A stretch of DNA of 64,000 nt. Source: Candidatus Krumholzibacteriia bacterium. GTDB lineage: Bacteria > Krumholzibacteriota > Krumholzibacteriia > LZORAL124-64-63. This document shows, one piece after another, positions 41,358-51,247 of the stretch. The position numbers and the translations under genes were made by a program. The notes under the pieces are model-generated. The model saw nothing but the letters and a program-made list of their open reading frames with translations, had not been told where the DNA came from and did not search any database. Positions within the stretch are counted from its first letter, which is position 1. Each line of letters opens with the position of its first letter. The stretch lies in assembly GCA_050174015.1 (NCBI GenBank), contig JBFXKG010000009.1, forward strand, positions 128,152 to 192,151, read 5' to 3'.

Positions 41358-43535
41358 ATGAAGTCCATCGCATCCATCACCCTGGTCGTGGCCCTCGCCC
41401 TCGCCGCCGGCCGCGAGGCCGTGGCCGTCGAGGGCATGTTCCCCGTGAGCGGCCTGCAGGCCCTGGATCTGAAGGCCGCCGGCCTGGCCATCGATCCGGA
41501 GCTGATCTACGACCCGGAGGGGCTCAGCCTGGTCGACGGGATCTGCAAGCTGGGGGGCTGCACGGGATCCTTCGTCTCGGACCGGGGCCTCATCCTGACC
41601 AACCACCACTGCGCCTTCCGCGCCATCGGCGACGCCAGCACCGCCGAGCACGACTACCTGACCGAGGGCTTCGCCGCCGCCACGCTCGCGGACGAGGTCC
41701 CGGCCGTCGGCTACACCGTCCGCATCACCGAGAGCTACCGGGACGTGTCCGCCGAGGTCCTGGCCGCCATCGAACCGGGCATGGATCCCATGGACCGGAC
41801 CCGGGCCATCGAGCGCAGGATGAAGGAGATCAGCCTGGATTTCGAGGCCGAGAACCCCGGCAAGCGGGCCGAGGTGAGCGAGATGTTCCAGGGCCGGACC
41901 TACGTCCTGTTCGTCTACACCTACCTGAGGGACGTCAGGCTGGTCCTGGCGCCGCCCCAGGCCATCGGCAACTTCGGCGGGGAGGCGGACAACTGGATCT
42001 GGCCCCGGCACTCGGGGGACTTCTCCTTCATGCGGGCCTACACGGCGCCCGACGGATCGCCGGCCGCCTACCACCCCGACAACGTCCCCTACCGTCCGTC
42101 CCGAGTCCTGCGGGTGGCCCAGGAGGGAGTCGCCGAGGGCGATTTCGTCTTCATCTTCGGCTACCCGGGCACCACCTACCGTCACCGCTCCTCCCATTAT
42201 CTGGAACACCTCCGGACGCGGATCATGCCCCTGACGGTGGACTGGTACGGCTGGCAGATCGAGAACCTGGAGGCCCTCGGCGCCGGTGACCGCGACCGGG
42301 AGCTGGCTCTGGCCTCCCGGGTCAAGAGCCTGCAGAACACCTGGAAGAACTACCGGGGCAAGCTGCAGGGGATCGCCCGCCTCGATCTGGTCGAGGCGCG
42401 CCGGGCCGAGGAGGCCCGACTCCAGGAGTTCATCGACCGGGACCCCCTCCGCCGGAAGCGTTACGGCAAGGTCCTGGACGAACTCGCCGAGTACTACCGC
42501 CAGGAGGACGAGACCGCCGTCTACGAGCTCTGGATGCGATTTTTGGGGCGGAGTCCCCAGATCCTCCAGGTCGCCCTGACCGTGTGGGAGAACGCCCAGG
42601 AACAGCTCAAGGAGGAGGCCGACCGCGAACCCGCCTACATGGCCCGGAACTTCGACCAGACCCGCAACAGGTTGCAGGTCATCCTGGACAACTACGACGA
42701 GGGCGCCGACCGCCTCATCCTCGCCGAGCTCCTGAGGAGGGGCGGGGACGTTCCCCGGGCGCAGGGGCTGCGGGCCTTCGCGGGATGCCTCGGCGCCGCC
42801 GGCGCCGCCGAGGCGGCCGCCCTGCTCGACCGGGTCTTCACCGGGACGCGCCTGACGGATCCGGCGTCCCTCGATCGGGCCCTGGCCATGACCCCGGACC
42901 AGCTGAAGGCCCTGGACGACCCCCTGCTCGATCTGGCGGCGGCCCTCCACGATCCCACGGTGCGGCTGCGGGAAGACCGCCGGCGGGACAAGGGCCGTCT
43001 GGACCCCCTGCAGGCCGCCCTGCTCGAGGCGAGGCAGGTGTTCCTGGGCACCCGGTTCATCCCCGACGCCAACGGGACCCTGCGCTTCACCTACGGTTAC
43101 GTGGAGGGCTATTCACCCCGCGACGCCGTCCGGTACGAGCCCCTGACCACGACCCGGGGCCTGCTGGAAAAGGATACCGGGGCCGATCCCTACGCCCTTC
43201 CCGAGCGGTACCGGGAGTGGATCGCCGGCGGCAGCTTCGGACCCTTCGGGGATGCGGCGCAGGGCGGGGTGCCCGTGGGCCTGCTCTACAGCACCGACAC
43301 CACCGGGGGCAATTCCGGCAGCCCGGTCCTGGACGCCCGCGGCAGGGTGGTGGGACTGAATTTCGACCGCGCCTGGGAAGCCACCATCAACGATTTCGCC
43401 TGGGACCACAGCTACAGCCGGTCCATCGGGGTCGACATCCGGTACGTCCTGTGGGTGACCTGGAAGTCGGGGGGCGGGCAGCGGTTGCTGGAGGAGATGG
43501 GCATCGCCCGGCCCGGGGCGGACACGCACCCCTGA
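41358..43535 (+). CDS. S46 family dipeptidyl peptidase
   Basis: EGMF, GGCTGSFVS..GLILTNHHC, NWIWPRHSGDFS, TGGNSGSPV, NFDR; signal peptide. Confidence 0.93.
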   Translation: MKSIASITLVVALALAAGREAVAVEGMFPVSGLQALDLKAAGLAIDPELIYDPEGLSLVDGICKLGGCTGSFVSDRGLILTNHHCAFRAIGDASTAEHDYLTEGFAAATLADEVPAVGYTVRITESYRDVSAEVLAAIEPGMDPMDRTRAIERRMKEISLDFEAENPGKRAEVSEMFQGRTYVLFVYTYLRDVRLVLAPPQAIGNFGGEADNWIWPRHSGDFSFMRAYTAPDGSPAAYHPDNVPYRPSRVLRVAQEGVAEGDFVFIFGYPGTTYRHRSSHYLEHLRTRIMPLTVDWYGWQIENLEALGAGDRDRELALASRVKSLQNTWKNYRGKLQGIARLDLVEARRAEEARLQEFIDRDPLRRKRYGKVLDELAEYYRQEDETAVYELWMRFLGRSPQILQVALTVWENAQEQLKEEADREPAYMARNFDQTRNRLQVILDNYDEGADRLILAELLRRGGDVPRAQGLRAFAGCLGAAGAAEAAALLDRVFTGTRLTDPASLDRALAMTPDQLKALDDPLLDLAAALHDPTVRLREDRRRDKGRLDPLQAALLEARQVFLGTRFIPDANGTLRFTYGYVEGYSPRDAVRYEPLTTTRGLLEKDTGADPYALPERYREWIAGGSFGPFGDAAQGGVPVGLLYSTDTTGGNSGSPVLDARGRVVGLNFDRAWEATINDFAWDHSYSRSIGVDIRYVLWVTWKSGGGQRLLEEMGIARPGADTHP

Positions 43536-43590
43536 ACGGAGAAGCCGGCGGCGTCCGGGAAGACCGTGGGCCGCTCCCGCCGGCCCGGTC

Positions 43591-43956
43591 TCAGCCCAGG
43601 AGGGAGGCGACCGCGTCCAGCATCTCCTGGTTCGTGAACGGCTTCTTCATCGTGATGTCCGCACCCAGCAGGCGCGCCGAGTGCAGGTAGTTCTCCGGCT
43701 CGGAACGCCCCCCGCCCGAGATGGCGATGAGCTTCAGGGCGCCGTTCTCCCGGCGAAGGTCCAGGATGGTCTCGATGCCGTCCTTCTCGGGCATGATGAT
43801 GTCGGTGATGACGAGGTCGAAGACGGACTCCTTGAACCGGATGAGCCCTTCCTCCCCGTTGGCCGCGGCCGCCACCTCGTAGCCCGCGCGGGTCAACACG
43901 CTTTCCAGGTATTCCCGGACTTCCTGGTCGTCCTCGATGATGAGGATGCTGGCCAT
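43591..43956 (-). CDS. Single-domain response regulator
   Basis: ILIIEDD, VITDIIMPEKDG, ISGG, KPF. Confidence 0.92.
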   Translation of the reverse strand: MASILIIEDDQEVREYLESVLTRAGYEVAAAANGEEGLIRFKESVFDLVITDIIMPEKDGIETILDLRRENGALKLIAISGGGRSEPENYLHSARLLGADITMKKPFTNQEMLDAVASLLG

Positions 43957-43958
43957 CG

Positions 43959-45845
43959 CTACACCTCGTCGGAAAAAGTCGTGTCCCTGAGTGAGCGGGC
44001 GACCGCCCGGGCAAGGATCTGGCTCGTGAAAGGTTTCCTGATCAGGCCAGCCACCCCGGGGTTCGCGCTGCGCAGGTCGAATTCGTTTTCCGCATAGCCG
44101 GATATCAGGATCACGGGCACGTCCTTGCGGATCTCCCGGATCCTAGCGGCCAGGCGGTCCCCCGTCAACTTGGGCATCACCAGGTCGGAGATCACAAGGT
44201 CGTAATCCCCGGGCCGGCCGGCGAACTCCTCGAGCGCGGCCAGCGGGTCGGTGAAAGCCGCCACCCGGTGCCCCCTGGCTTCCAGGAATGCCTTCGCGAA
44301 CAGGGTGATGTCCTCCTCGTCATCGACGAACATCAGCCTCCCCTTGAGATCATCCTGGTTCCCGTCCTCCAGGGACCTGTCCGCCGGACCGACGTCGCAG
44401 ACGGGGAAGCAGAGGCTGATGACCGTCCCCTTGCCGGGGTTGCTCTCGACCAGGACCCGGCCGCCGTGGTTCTTGACGATGCTGTGGACCACCGACAGGC
44501 CCAGCCCGGTTCCCTTGCCCACGGACTTGGTGGTGTAGAAGGGGTCGAAGGCGCGCTGCAGGGTGTCGCCGTCCATCCCGCCTCCGGTGTCCGTCATGCG
44601 GATGACGGCCAGGTCATGGCCCGCGAGGTCCTCCGGCAGCCAGGGCACGGACTCGTCCCCGGATACCCGGTTCAGGGTGATGGTCAGTTCGCCGTTGTCC
44701 CCCTCCATGGCGTGGATGGCGTTGGTTCCGAGATTCAGCAGGACCTGCTGGATCTGGGGAGGGTGGGCGAGGATGGGGCCGCAATCGGGATCCAGATCCG
44801 TGCGGATGCTGATGTTGGCCGGAGCGGTGTGCTCCAGCAGGCCGACGGCCTCGGTGATGGCGTCCTGCAGCGGCAGGGTGCGGAAGGTATCCTCGGCGGG
44901 GAAACTGACCATCTCGATCCGCTTGACCAGGTCCCGGCCCCTCTGGGCCGCCCGCAGCACGCGGTCGAGATCCAGGGCCGGCGTGGTTCCCGGTTCGACC
45001 GCCTCCCTGGCCATGGCGGCGAATCCCATGATGGCCTGGAGGATGTTGTTGAAGTCGTGCGAGATTCCCCCGGCGAGGGCTCCCAGGGCTTCCATCTTCT
45101 GGGCCTGGATGGCCTGCTGCTCCCGCTCGGCAGCCTGCGCCAGGGATTGCAGGATGGGGGCGAGGAAGGTGGTCAGGGCGCCGGTCTGCTCCAGGTCGAT
45201 CTCCTCGAATTCCCGGTTCCGGTCGCCGAGGACCAGCAGGCCCAGGTTGTCCTGGGGGCCGGGGATGGGGGCAGCCAGGACTCCGTCGGCCTCCCATTCG
45301 AGGGAAGGCAACGCGGTGAGGCCGGGGATCACCCGCGGCGCCCGGGACAGGAGGATGTCCGGCCAGGGGCGGGGCAGCCCGGCCAGGGGCAGGCAAGGGG
45401 GCGGATAGAATTCCGGGTCGCGGTTCCTGGACGGGGGGTGGACCGCCACGACCTCAAGTTCGCCGCCGGGTCCCACGATGCCCAGCAGGCCCCGGCGGCA
45501 GCCCGACTCGGTGCACAGGAGGGAAAGCACGTTCCCGTAGGCCTGGGGAAGGCGTCCGGTCAGGAAGATCTCCGCGATCTTGTTGCGGACTTCCAGGGCC
45601 CGTTGCCCGGCCAGGATGTTGGCCTGGGCCTGGGCCATCCCTCGGGAATGGGAGGAGGCCAGGACGGTCCCGACCAGCAGAACCGCCAGGATCGAGATCC
45701 TCATGTAGAGTTCGTAGCCGCCAGGCTGGAGCAGGGATTCCAGGAGCTCTCCTTCATGGAAGACGAAGGAGTCGATCAGGGCGTCCAGGACCCAGAACAT
45801 GAGGGCGGCCGCGATGACGGCGAGCTTCGTGGACCGGATCTTCAA
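43959..45845 (-). CDS. Hybrid sensor histidine kinase (TM, GAF-like, kinase, receiver)
   Basis: QKMEALGALAGGISHDFNNIL, FDPFYTTK, GTGLGL, SDLVMP. Confidence 0.9.
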   Translation of the reverse strand: MKIRSTKLAVIAAALMFWVLDALIDSFVFHEGELLESLLQPGGYELYMRISILAVLLVGTVLASSHSRGMAQAQANILAGQRALEVRNKIAEIFLTGRLPQAYGNVLSLLCTESGCRRGLLGIVGPGGELEVVAVHPPSRNRDPEFYPPPCLPLAGLPRPWPDILLSRAPRVIPGLTALPSLEWEADGVLAAPIPGPQDNLGLLVLGDRNREFEEIDLEQTGALTTFLAPILQSLAQAAEREQQAIQAQKMEALGALAGGISHDFNNILQAIMGFAAMAREAVEPGTTPALDLDRVLRAAQRGRDLVKRIEMVSFPAEDTFRTLPLQDAITEAVGLLEHTAPANISIRTDLDPDCGPILAHPPQIQQVLLNLGTNAIHAMEGDNGELTITLNRVSGDESVPWLPEDLAGHDLAVIRMTDTGGGMDGDTLQRAFDPFYTTKSVGKGTGLGLSVVHSIVKNHGGRVLVESNPGKGTVISLCFPVCDVGPADRSLEDGNQDDLKGRLMFVDDEEDITLFAKAFLEARGHRVAAFTDPLAALEEFAGRPGDYDLVISDLVMPKLTGDRLAARIREIRKDVPVILISGYAENEFDLRSANPGVAGLIRKPFTSQILARAVARSLRDTTFSDEV

Positions 45846-45863
45846 GGTCCTCCCCGGGGCCGA

Positions 45864-47069
45864 TCAGATCAGGGTCAGGGCCTGTCTCAGGTCGGCGATG
45901 ATGTCCTCGACGTTCTCCAGCCCCACCGAGAGCCGGACCATGCCCGGATCGATGCCGACCCTGGCCAGCTCCTGTTCGCTGTAGGTCGAATGGGTCATCG
46001 AGGCCGGATGCTCGATGAGAGTGTCCACGTCCCCGAGGCTGACGGCCAGCGTGCACAGCTGGACGTTGTCCATGACCACCTTGCCGGCTTCCCGGCCGCC
46101 GGCGACCATGAAGCTGATCATCCCCCCGAATCCCCGCTGCTGGCGCCTGGCCAGGGCGTGCTGGGGATGCGTCTTGAGCCCGGGGTAGACGACCTCGGTC
46201 ACCTTGGGATGGTAACCCAGGAAGTGGGCGATCTCCAGCGCAGTTTCCAGGTGCCGGTCCATGCGCACCGGCAGGGTCTTCAGCCCGCGCAGCAGCAGCC
46301 GGGCGGTGTGGGGCGAGTTGCGGCCGCCGTCGTCGCGAAGGGTCTCCATGCGCGCCTGCATCATCCAGTCGGCCTTGCCCACCAGGATGCCGGCCACCGT
46401 GTCGCCGTGCCCTCCGATGTACTTGGTGGCCGAGTGCAGGACGATGTCGGCCCCCAGTTCCAGGGGGTTCTGCAGGTAGGGGGTGCAGAAGGTGTTGTCC
46501 ACCAGCACCGGCACGCCCTTGCGACGGGCGATCTCCGCCACCGCCGCGATGTCCGTCAGCACCAGGGTGGGGTTGGCGGGCGTTTCGAGGTAGACCAGCC
46601 GGGTCCTCTTCGTGATGGCCCGCTCGAAATTGCGGGGGTCCTGGGCCGGCACCTCGGTCACCTCGATGCCCAGCCGCGGCAGGGTCTGGGTGAAGAGCTG
46701 GTGGGTCCCGCCGTAGAGGGTGTCGCCGGCGACGATGTGGTCGCCGCTGCGGCAACAGGTCAGGACGGCGGTGGTCGCCGCGGCCATGCCGCTGGCCAGG
46801 GCCAGGGCGGCCTCGCCCTTCTCCAGGTAGGCCATCTCGGTTTCCAGGGCGGTCTGGGTGGGGTTGCCCAGGCGGGTGTAGACGTAGCTGGGATCCTCCC
46901 CGCGGAACACGGCAGCCCCGTGGTCCACGCTCTCGAAGGCGAAGGTGGAACTCTGGAAGATGGGGGTGCTCACGGCCCGGATGGGCCGCTCTCCCTCGTG
47001 CTTGTCCAGGTGCTTCTTGCCGTGGATGCACAGGGTGGCGAAGCCGGGACTCTGGTCCTTCTTCTGCAT
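45864..47069 (-). CDS. PLP-dependent trans-sulfuration enzyme (methionine or cystathionine gamma-lyase family)
   Basis: YTRLGNPT, ASGMAA, ETPANP, VDNTF, HSATKYIGGH, AVSLG, HPASMTH; has YGGT rather than the MGL-typical YGCT. Confidence 0.88.
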   Translation of the reverse strand: MQKKDQSPGFATLCIHGKKHLDKHEGERPIRAVSTPIFQSSTFAFESVDHGAAVFRGEDPSYVYTRLGNPTQTALETEMAYLEKGEAALALASGMAAATTAVLTCCRSGDHIVAGDTLYGGTHQLFTQTLPRLGIEVTEVPAQDPRNFERAITKRTRLVYLETPANPTLVLTDIAAVAEIARRKGVPVLVDNTFCTPYLQNPLELGADIVLHSATKYIGGHGDTVAGILVGKADWMMQARMETLRDDGGRNSPHTARLLLRGLKTLPVRMDRHLETALEIAHFLGYHPKVTEVVYPGLKTHPQHALARRQQRGFGGMISFMVAGGREAGKVVMDNVQLCTLAVSLGDVDTLIEHPASMTHSTYSEQELARVGIDPGMVRLSVGLENVEDIIADLRQALTLI

Positions 47070-48253
47070 CACTTGCCTCCCTTGCGGCTTGGCTTCAGGT
47101 GCCTGCGGAGGGCGTCGACGCGGGTCAGGCCTTCCCAGGTGAAGTCGGGATCGGGGCGGCCGAAGTGGCCGTACACGGCGGTCGGGGTGTAGATGGGCCG
47201 GCGCAGGTCGAGATCCTCGATGATGCCGGCGGGGGAGAAGTCGAATTCCTGCTGGAGGACGTCCGCGAGCCGGTCGTCGGACAGCTTGCCCGTCCCGAAC
47301 GTGTCCACGCTGACCGACAGCGGCCGGGGGTGGCCGATGACGTAGGCGATCTCCAGGGCGCAGCGGTCGGCCAGGCCCGCGGCCACCACGTTCTTGGCGG
47401 CCCAGCGGGCCCCGTAGCTGCCGCTGCGGTCGGGCTTGGTGGGATCCTTGCCGCTGAAGGCGCTGCCGCCGTGGCCGCAGCTGGGCCCGTAGCAGTCCAC
47501 GGTGATCTTGCGGCCGGTCAGGCCGGCGTCGGCCCGCGGACCGCCCTCGCTGAAGGCTCCGACCGGGTTGACGAGGATCTCCGTGTCCTCGCCCAGCAGA
47601 CCCGTGGGTTCCAGGGCCGGTCCCACCACCAGGCGCTTGACGTCGCGGCGCAGCTTGGCAAGATCGGCTCCGGCGTGGTGGTGGGCGCTGACCACGACGT
47701 GGCTGAGGCCGACGGGCTTGTGGTCCTTGTACCGGACCGAAACCTGGACCTTCCCGTCGGGATAGAGGTAGGGCAGCTTGCCCCGGCGCCTGACTTCGGC
47801 CAGCCTGCCGGCCAGGCCGTTGGCCAGGAAGGTGGGAACGGGCATGTAGTGCGTTTCGATGGGGAGAGATGCCCCCTCGTTGGTGGCGTAGCCGACGCAG
47901 ACGCCCTGATCCCCGGCCCCCTTGCGATCGACGCCCAGCGAAACGTCGCAGCTCTGCTCCCCGAGCATGACCACGACGGCGCAGCTGTTGTGGTCGAACC
48001 CGGTCTCCGGGTCGTTGTAGCCGACGTCCTTGATGGTCTGCCTCACGATGGCCGTGATGTCGACGTAGCACTTGGTGGTGATCTGGCCGGTGACGATGAC
48101 CATGCCCGTGGTGACCATGACCTCGCAGGACACCCGGGCATACCGGTCCTGGGTCAGGATCGCGTCAAGGACGGCGTCGGCGAGCAGGTCGCAGATCTTG
48201 TCGGCGTGGCCGGCGGTGACGGATTCGGCGGTCTGGATCCAGGTGCGGGACAT
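47069..48253 (-). CDS. metK: S-adenosylmethionine synthetase (divergent)
   Basis: ESVTAGHADKICD, GAGDQG, GLTGRKI, AFSGKDPTK.DRS, TAVYGHFGR. Confidence 0.88.
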   Translation of the reverse strand: MSRTWIQTAESVTAGHADKICDLLADAVLDAILTQDRYARVSCEVMVTTGMVIVTGQITTKCYVDITAIVRQTIKDVGYNDPETGFDHNSCAVVVMLGEQSCDVSLGVDRKGAGDQGVCVGYATNEGASLPIETHYMPVPTFLANGLAGRLAEVRRRGKLPYLYPDGKVQVSVRYKDHKPVGLSHVVVSAHHHAGADLAKLRRDVKRLVVGPALEPTGLLGEDTEILVNPVGAFSEGGPRADAGLTGRKITVDCYGPSCGHGGSAFSGKDPTKPDRSGSYGARWAAKNVVAAGLADRCALEIAYVIGHPRPLSVSVDTFGTGKLSDDRLADVLQQEFDFSPAGIIEDLDLRRPIYTPTAVYGHFGRPDPDFTWEGLTRVDALRRHLKPSRKGGK

Positions 48254-48442
48254 GGCGGCCTCCGTTGCTGGTGCGGACCTGCGGCGGCGCGGGATCCGGG
48301 AGAAAACGGTTCCCAAATGCCGGGCGGGCTGAAACAATCGGGCCCAGGGTTCGTTATTGGCGAATCGGTCGGCCCGGAAGGCGACTGGGGATAGGTGCTG
48401 GGGTGTGGACGTGCGGCCGACCGGGCAATCCCTGGGTCAAGA

Positions 48443-49438
48443 ATGGATGGGATCGTGAGCAAAGTCAACCGTACCGGAACCCCGGAAAACCAGTCCATCT
48501 CGGTCTCGCATCTGACCTTCGCGTACGCCGCCGACCCGGTCCTGCGGGACGTGACCTTCAGCCTGGAGAAGGGCGCCGTCGGCCTGCTGGGCCCCAACGG
48601 ATCGGGCAAGACCACCCTGCTGCGCTGCCTGCTGGGGCAGGTCCCCCTGAAGGCCGGCCAGGTGGAGGTCCTGGGCTGCGACATGGCCGCCAAGGCCCGC
48701 CTGGCCAGGGCCGGTCTGGGCTGGATGCCCGAGCGCGGCGGCATCATCCCCGGCATGAGCGGCGTCGGCCTGGTGGCCTACCTGGGCGAGCTTTCGGGCA
48801 TGCCCGGGCGCGACGCCATGCAGCGGGCCCACGAGGTCCTGCACTACGTGGGGCTGGCGGACGAGCGCTACCGCAAGTGCGACGACTACAGCCAGGGCAT
48901 GAAGCAGCGGCTCAAGCTGGCCCAGGCCCTGGTCCACGACCCCCACTGGCTCTTCCTGGACGAGCCCACCAGCGGCCTGGACCCCCGCGGCCGCGTCTCC
49001 ATCCTGGAACTGATCCGCGACCTGGCCTGGAACAAGGGCCTGGGCGTGATCCTGTCGACCCACCTGCTGTCCGACGTCGAGTCGGTCTGCCGGGAGATCC
49101 TGGTGCTCAGGAAGGGCGAATTGCTGTCGAGGGAGACGGTCGACGACCAGACCCGCGAGCCCAGGCAGGTCTTCGAGGTCGAGGGTTTCGGGGAGGAGGC
49201 CGCCTTCCGCAGGGGCCTGGAGACCCTGGGCGCGGAGGTCGTCCAGGACAACCGCCTGTGGCTGGTGACCCTGGACCTGCGCAGCATTCCCGGCGGGGAG
49301 AAGGACGGCGCCTTCGATCCGGCCGCAGGCGTCAACGCCATCCTCCGGGTGGCCGCCGACAGCGAGTTCGCCCTGCGCCGGCTGCGCCGCCGGCCCGTGA
49401 CCCTGGCCGAGGAATTCTATCGCCTGGTGGAGGCCTGA
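48443..49438 (+). CDS. ABC transporter ATP-binding protein
   Basis: GPNGSGKTT, YSQGMKQR, FLDEPTSGLD. Confidence 0.92.
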   Translation: MDGIVSKVNRTGTPENQSISVSHLTFAYAADPVLRDVTFSLEKGAVGLLGPNGSGKTTLLRCLLGQVPLKAGQVEVLGCDMAAKARLARAGLGWMPERGGIIPGMSGVGLVAYLGELSGMPGRDAMQRAHEVLHYVGLADERYRKCDDYSQGMKQRLKLAQALVHDPHWLFLDEPTSGLDPRGRVSILELIRDLAWNKGLGVILSTHLLSDVESVCREILVLRKGELLSRETVDDQTREPRQVFEVEGFGEEAAFRRGLETLGAEVVQDNRLWLVTLDLRSIPGGEKDGAFDPAAGVNAILRVAADSEFALRRLRRRPVTLAEEFYRLVEA

Positions 49439-49441
49439 CCG

Positions 49442-50296
49442 ATGCCCGTCTACGACCGCGGATACACGCACTGGGAACCCTCGGGCCGCAGCGCCCTGCC
49501 CGCCTGGATGGTCATCGCCAGGCGGGGCATCGCCGAGCCCCTGAAGCAGCGCTGGCTGCTGCTGCTCGTCCTGATGGGCTGGGTGCCGGCCATCGTCAAG
49601 GCGGGGATCATCTACTTCCGGCTCCGGGCCGGCGAGCTGGCAGACCTGCTGGGCGGAGGCTGGGCCAGCCTCGGCCCCGACGGGTTCCTGAGCTTCATCG
49701 AGGGCCAGCGCTTCTTCGTCTTCGTGCTGCTGGCCATCGTGGGCGCCGGCCTGATCGCCACCGACCGGCGGGACAACGGGCTTTCCCTCTACTTCTCGCG
49801 GCCGCTGGGGCTGGTGGGCTACATCGGAGGCAAGGCGGCCATCATCCTGTTCTTCTACTTCATGGTGACCCTGTTCCCCGTCTACGCGCTGTGCCTCTTC
49901 TCCTACCTCATCGCCCCTGACGCCACGGGCCTGGACATGCTCCTGCTGATGCCCCTGCGGGCGACGGCCTACTGCGCGCTGGCCGGGGCCAGCATCGCTC
50001 TCGTGCTGCTGGCCTTCTCGAGCATGGGCAAGCGTTCCATCTTCGTCATGGTCTGGTGGACCATCATGGTCTCGGGCACCGAGACCATCGGCGCCATCGC
50101 CCACGGGCTGGGCAACAGCACCTTCCAGGCCCTGAACTTCCTGGGGCAGTATCACAATGCGGGTTCGTTCCTGTTCTCCACCGGAGCGCGGCTCGACGTC
50201 CCGGTTCCCGTCAGCGTGGGCATGACCCTGCTCTGGACCGCCCTGGCCCTCTGGGTGCTGAGGATGAAGATCCGTCCCGTGGAGGTCGTGTCATGA
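49442..50296 (+). CDS. ABC-2 type permease
   Basis: About 6 TM segments; DRRDNGLSLYFSRP..YIGGK. Confidence 0.85.
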   Translation: MPVYDRGYTHWEPSGRSALPAWMVIARRGIAEPLKQRWLLLLVLMGWVPAIVKAGIIYFRLRAGELADLLGGGWASLGPDGFLSFIEGQRFFVFVLLAIVGAGLIATDRRDNGLSLYFSRPLGLVGYIGGKAAIILFFYFMVTLFPVYALCLFSYLIAPDATGLDMLLLMPLRATAYCALAGASIALVLLAFSSMGKRSIFVMVWWTIMVSGTETIGAIAHGLGNSTFQALNFLGQYHNAGSFLFSTGARLDVPVPVSVGMTLLWTALALWVLRMKIRPVEVVS

Positions 50297-51243
50297 TGAT
50301 GGGCGCCGGCGTGGGGTCGGACCAGGCCCGGATCACGGCCGACCGGGTCGGCAAGTGGTTCGGCGAGGTCATCGCGGTCAACAACTGCACCCTGAGCGTC
50401 GGCTCGGGGGTGGTGGGGCTGCTGGGCGCCAACGGCGCAGGCAAGTCCACCCTGTTCAAGATGCTGGCGGGCCTGATCGAGCCCAGCCACGGCGAGGTCC
50501 GGGTCTTCGGCGGCAAGCTGCGCGATCAGGTCGGCTGGTTCCGCCGGGTGGGCTTCTGCCCCGAGAGCGACGCCCTGCCCGACTGGATGACCGGGCGGGA
50601 ATTCCTGTCCCTGATGCTGCGCCTGATGGGTTACGACAAGGCCGAGATGACGCGGCGGGTGGATCACTGGCTGGACCGCTTCGAGCTCAAGGACGCCGCG
50701 AACCGGCGTTGCGGAGGTTATTCCAAGGGCATGCGCCAGAAGCTGAAGCTGGCCCAGGCCCTGGCTCACGATCCCGACGTCGTCTTCCTGGACGAGCCCC
50801 TCAACGGCATGGATCCGGTCTCGCGCAAGCAGTCCATCGACCTGGTCCGGGAGCTGGGCCGGGCCGGCCGGACCGTGCTGGTATCCAGCCACATCCTGCC
50901 CGAGGTCGAGTCGATGACCAGCCAGATCATCCTCATCGACCGCGGCAAGGTCCTGGCCGAGGGCAGCGTTGCCGAGATCAGGGACAAGATCCCCGAGCAT
51001 CCCACCACGGTGGCCCTGGAGTCCCCCGATCCGCGCGCCCTGGCGGCCTTCCTCATCGGCCGGGAGCACGTGGCGGGGGTCCAGGTTGACGGGAGCGGCA
51101 AGGTCGTGGTCCGCACCGACCACGCCGTGATGTTCTACCGGGCCCTGCCCCGCTGGATCCTGGACAACCAGCTGGCGGTGGACGAGATCCTGACCTTGGA
51201 CGACAGCCTCGAGGCCGTCTTCCAGTACCTGACGGAACGGTGA
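50293..51243 (+). CDS. ABC transporter ATP-binding protein
   Basis: GANGAGKST, YSKGMRQK, FLDEPLNGMD. Confidence 0.92.
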   Translation: MMMGAGVGSDQARITADRVGKWFGEVIAVNNCTLSVGSGVVGLLGANGAGKSTLFKMLAGLIEPSHGEVRVFGGKLRDQVGWFRRVGFCPESDALPDWMTGREFLSLMLRLMGYDKAEMTRRVDHWLDRFELKDAANRRCGGYSKGMRQKLKLAQALAHDPDVVFLDEPLNGMDPVSRKQSIDLVRELGRAGRTVLVSSHILPEVESMTSQIILIDRGKVLAEGSVAEIRDKIPEHPTTVALESPDPRALAAFLIGREHVAGVQVDGSGKVVVRTDHAVMFYRALPRWILDNQLAVDEILTLDDSLEAVFQYLTER

Positions 51244-51247
51244 TCCC

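Noticed and set aside
48254..48440. SAM riboswitch upstream of metK
   Set aside because: No SAM-I or SAM-II core sequence is recognisable on the minus strand
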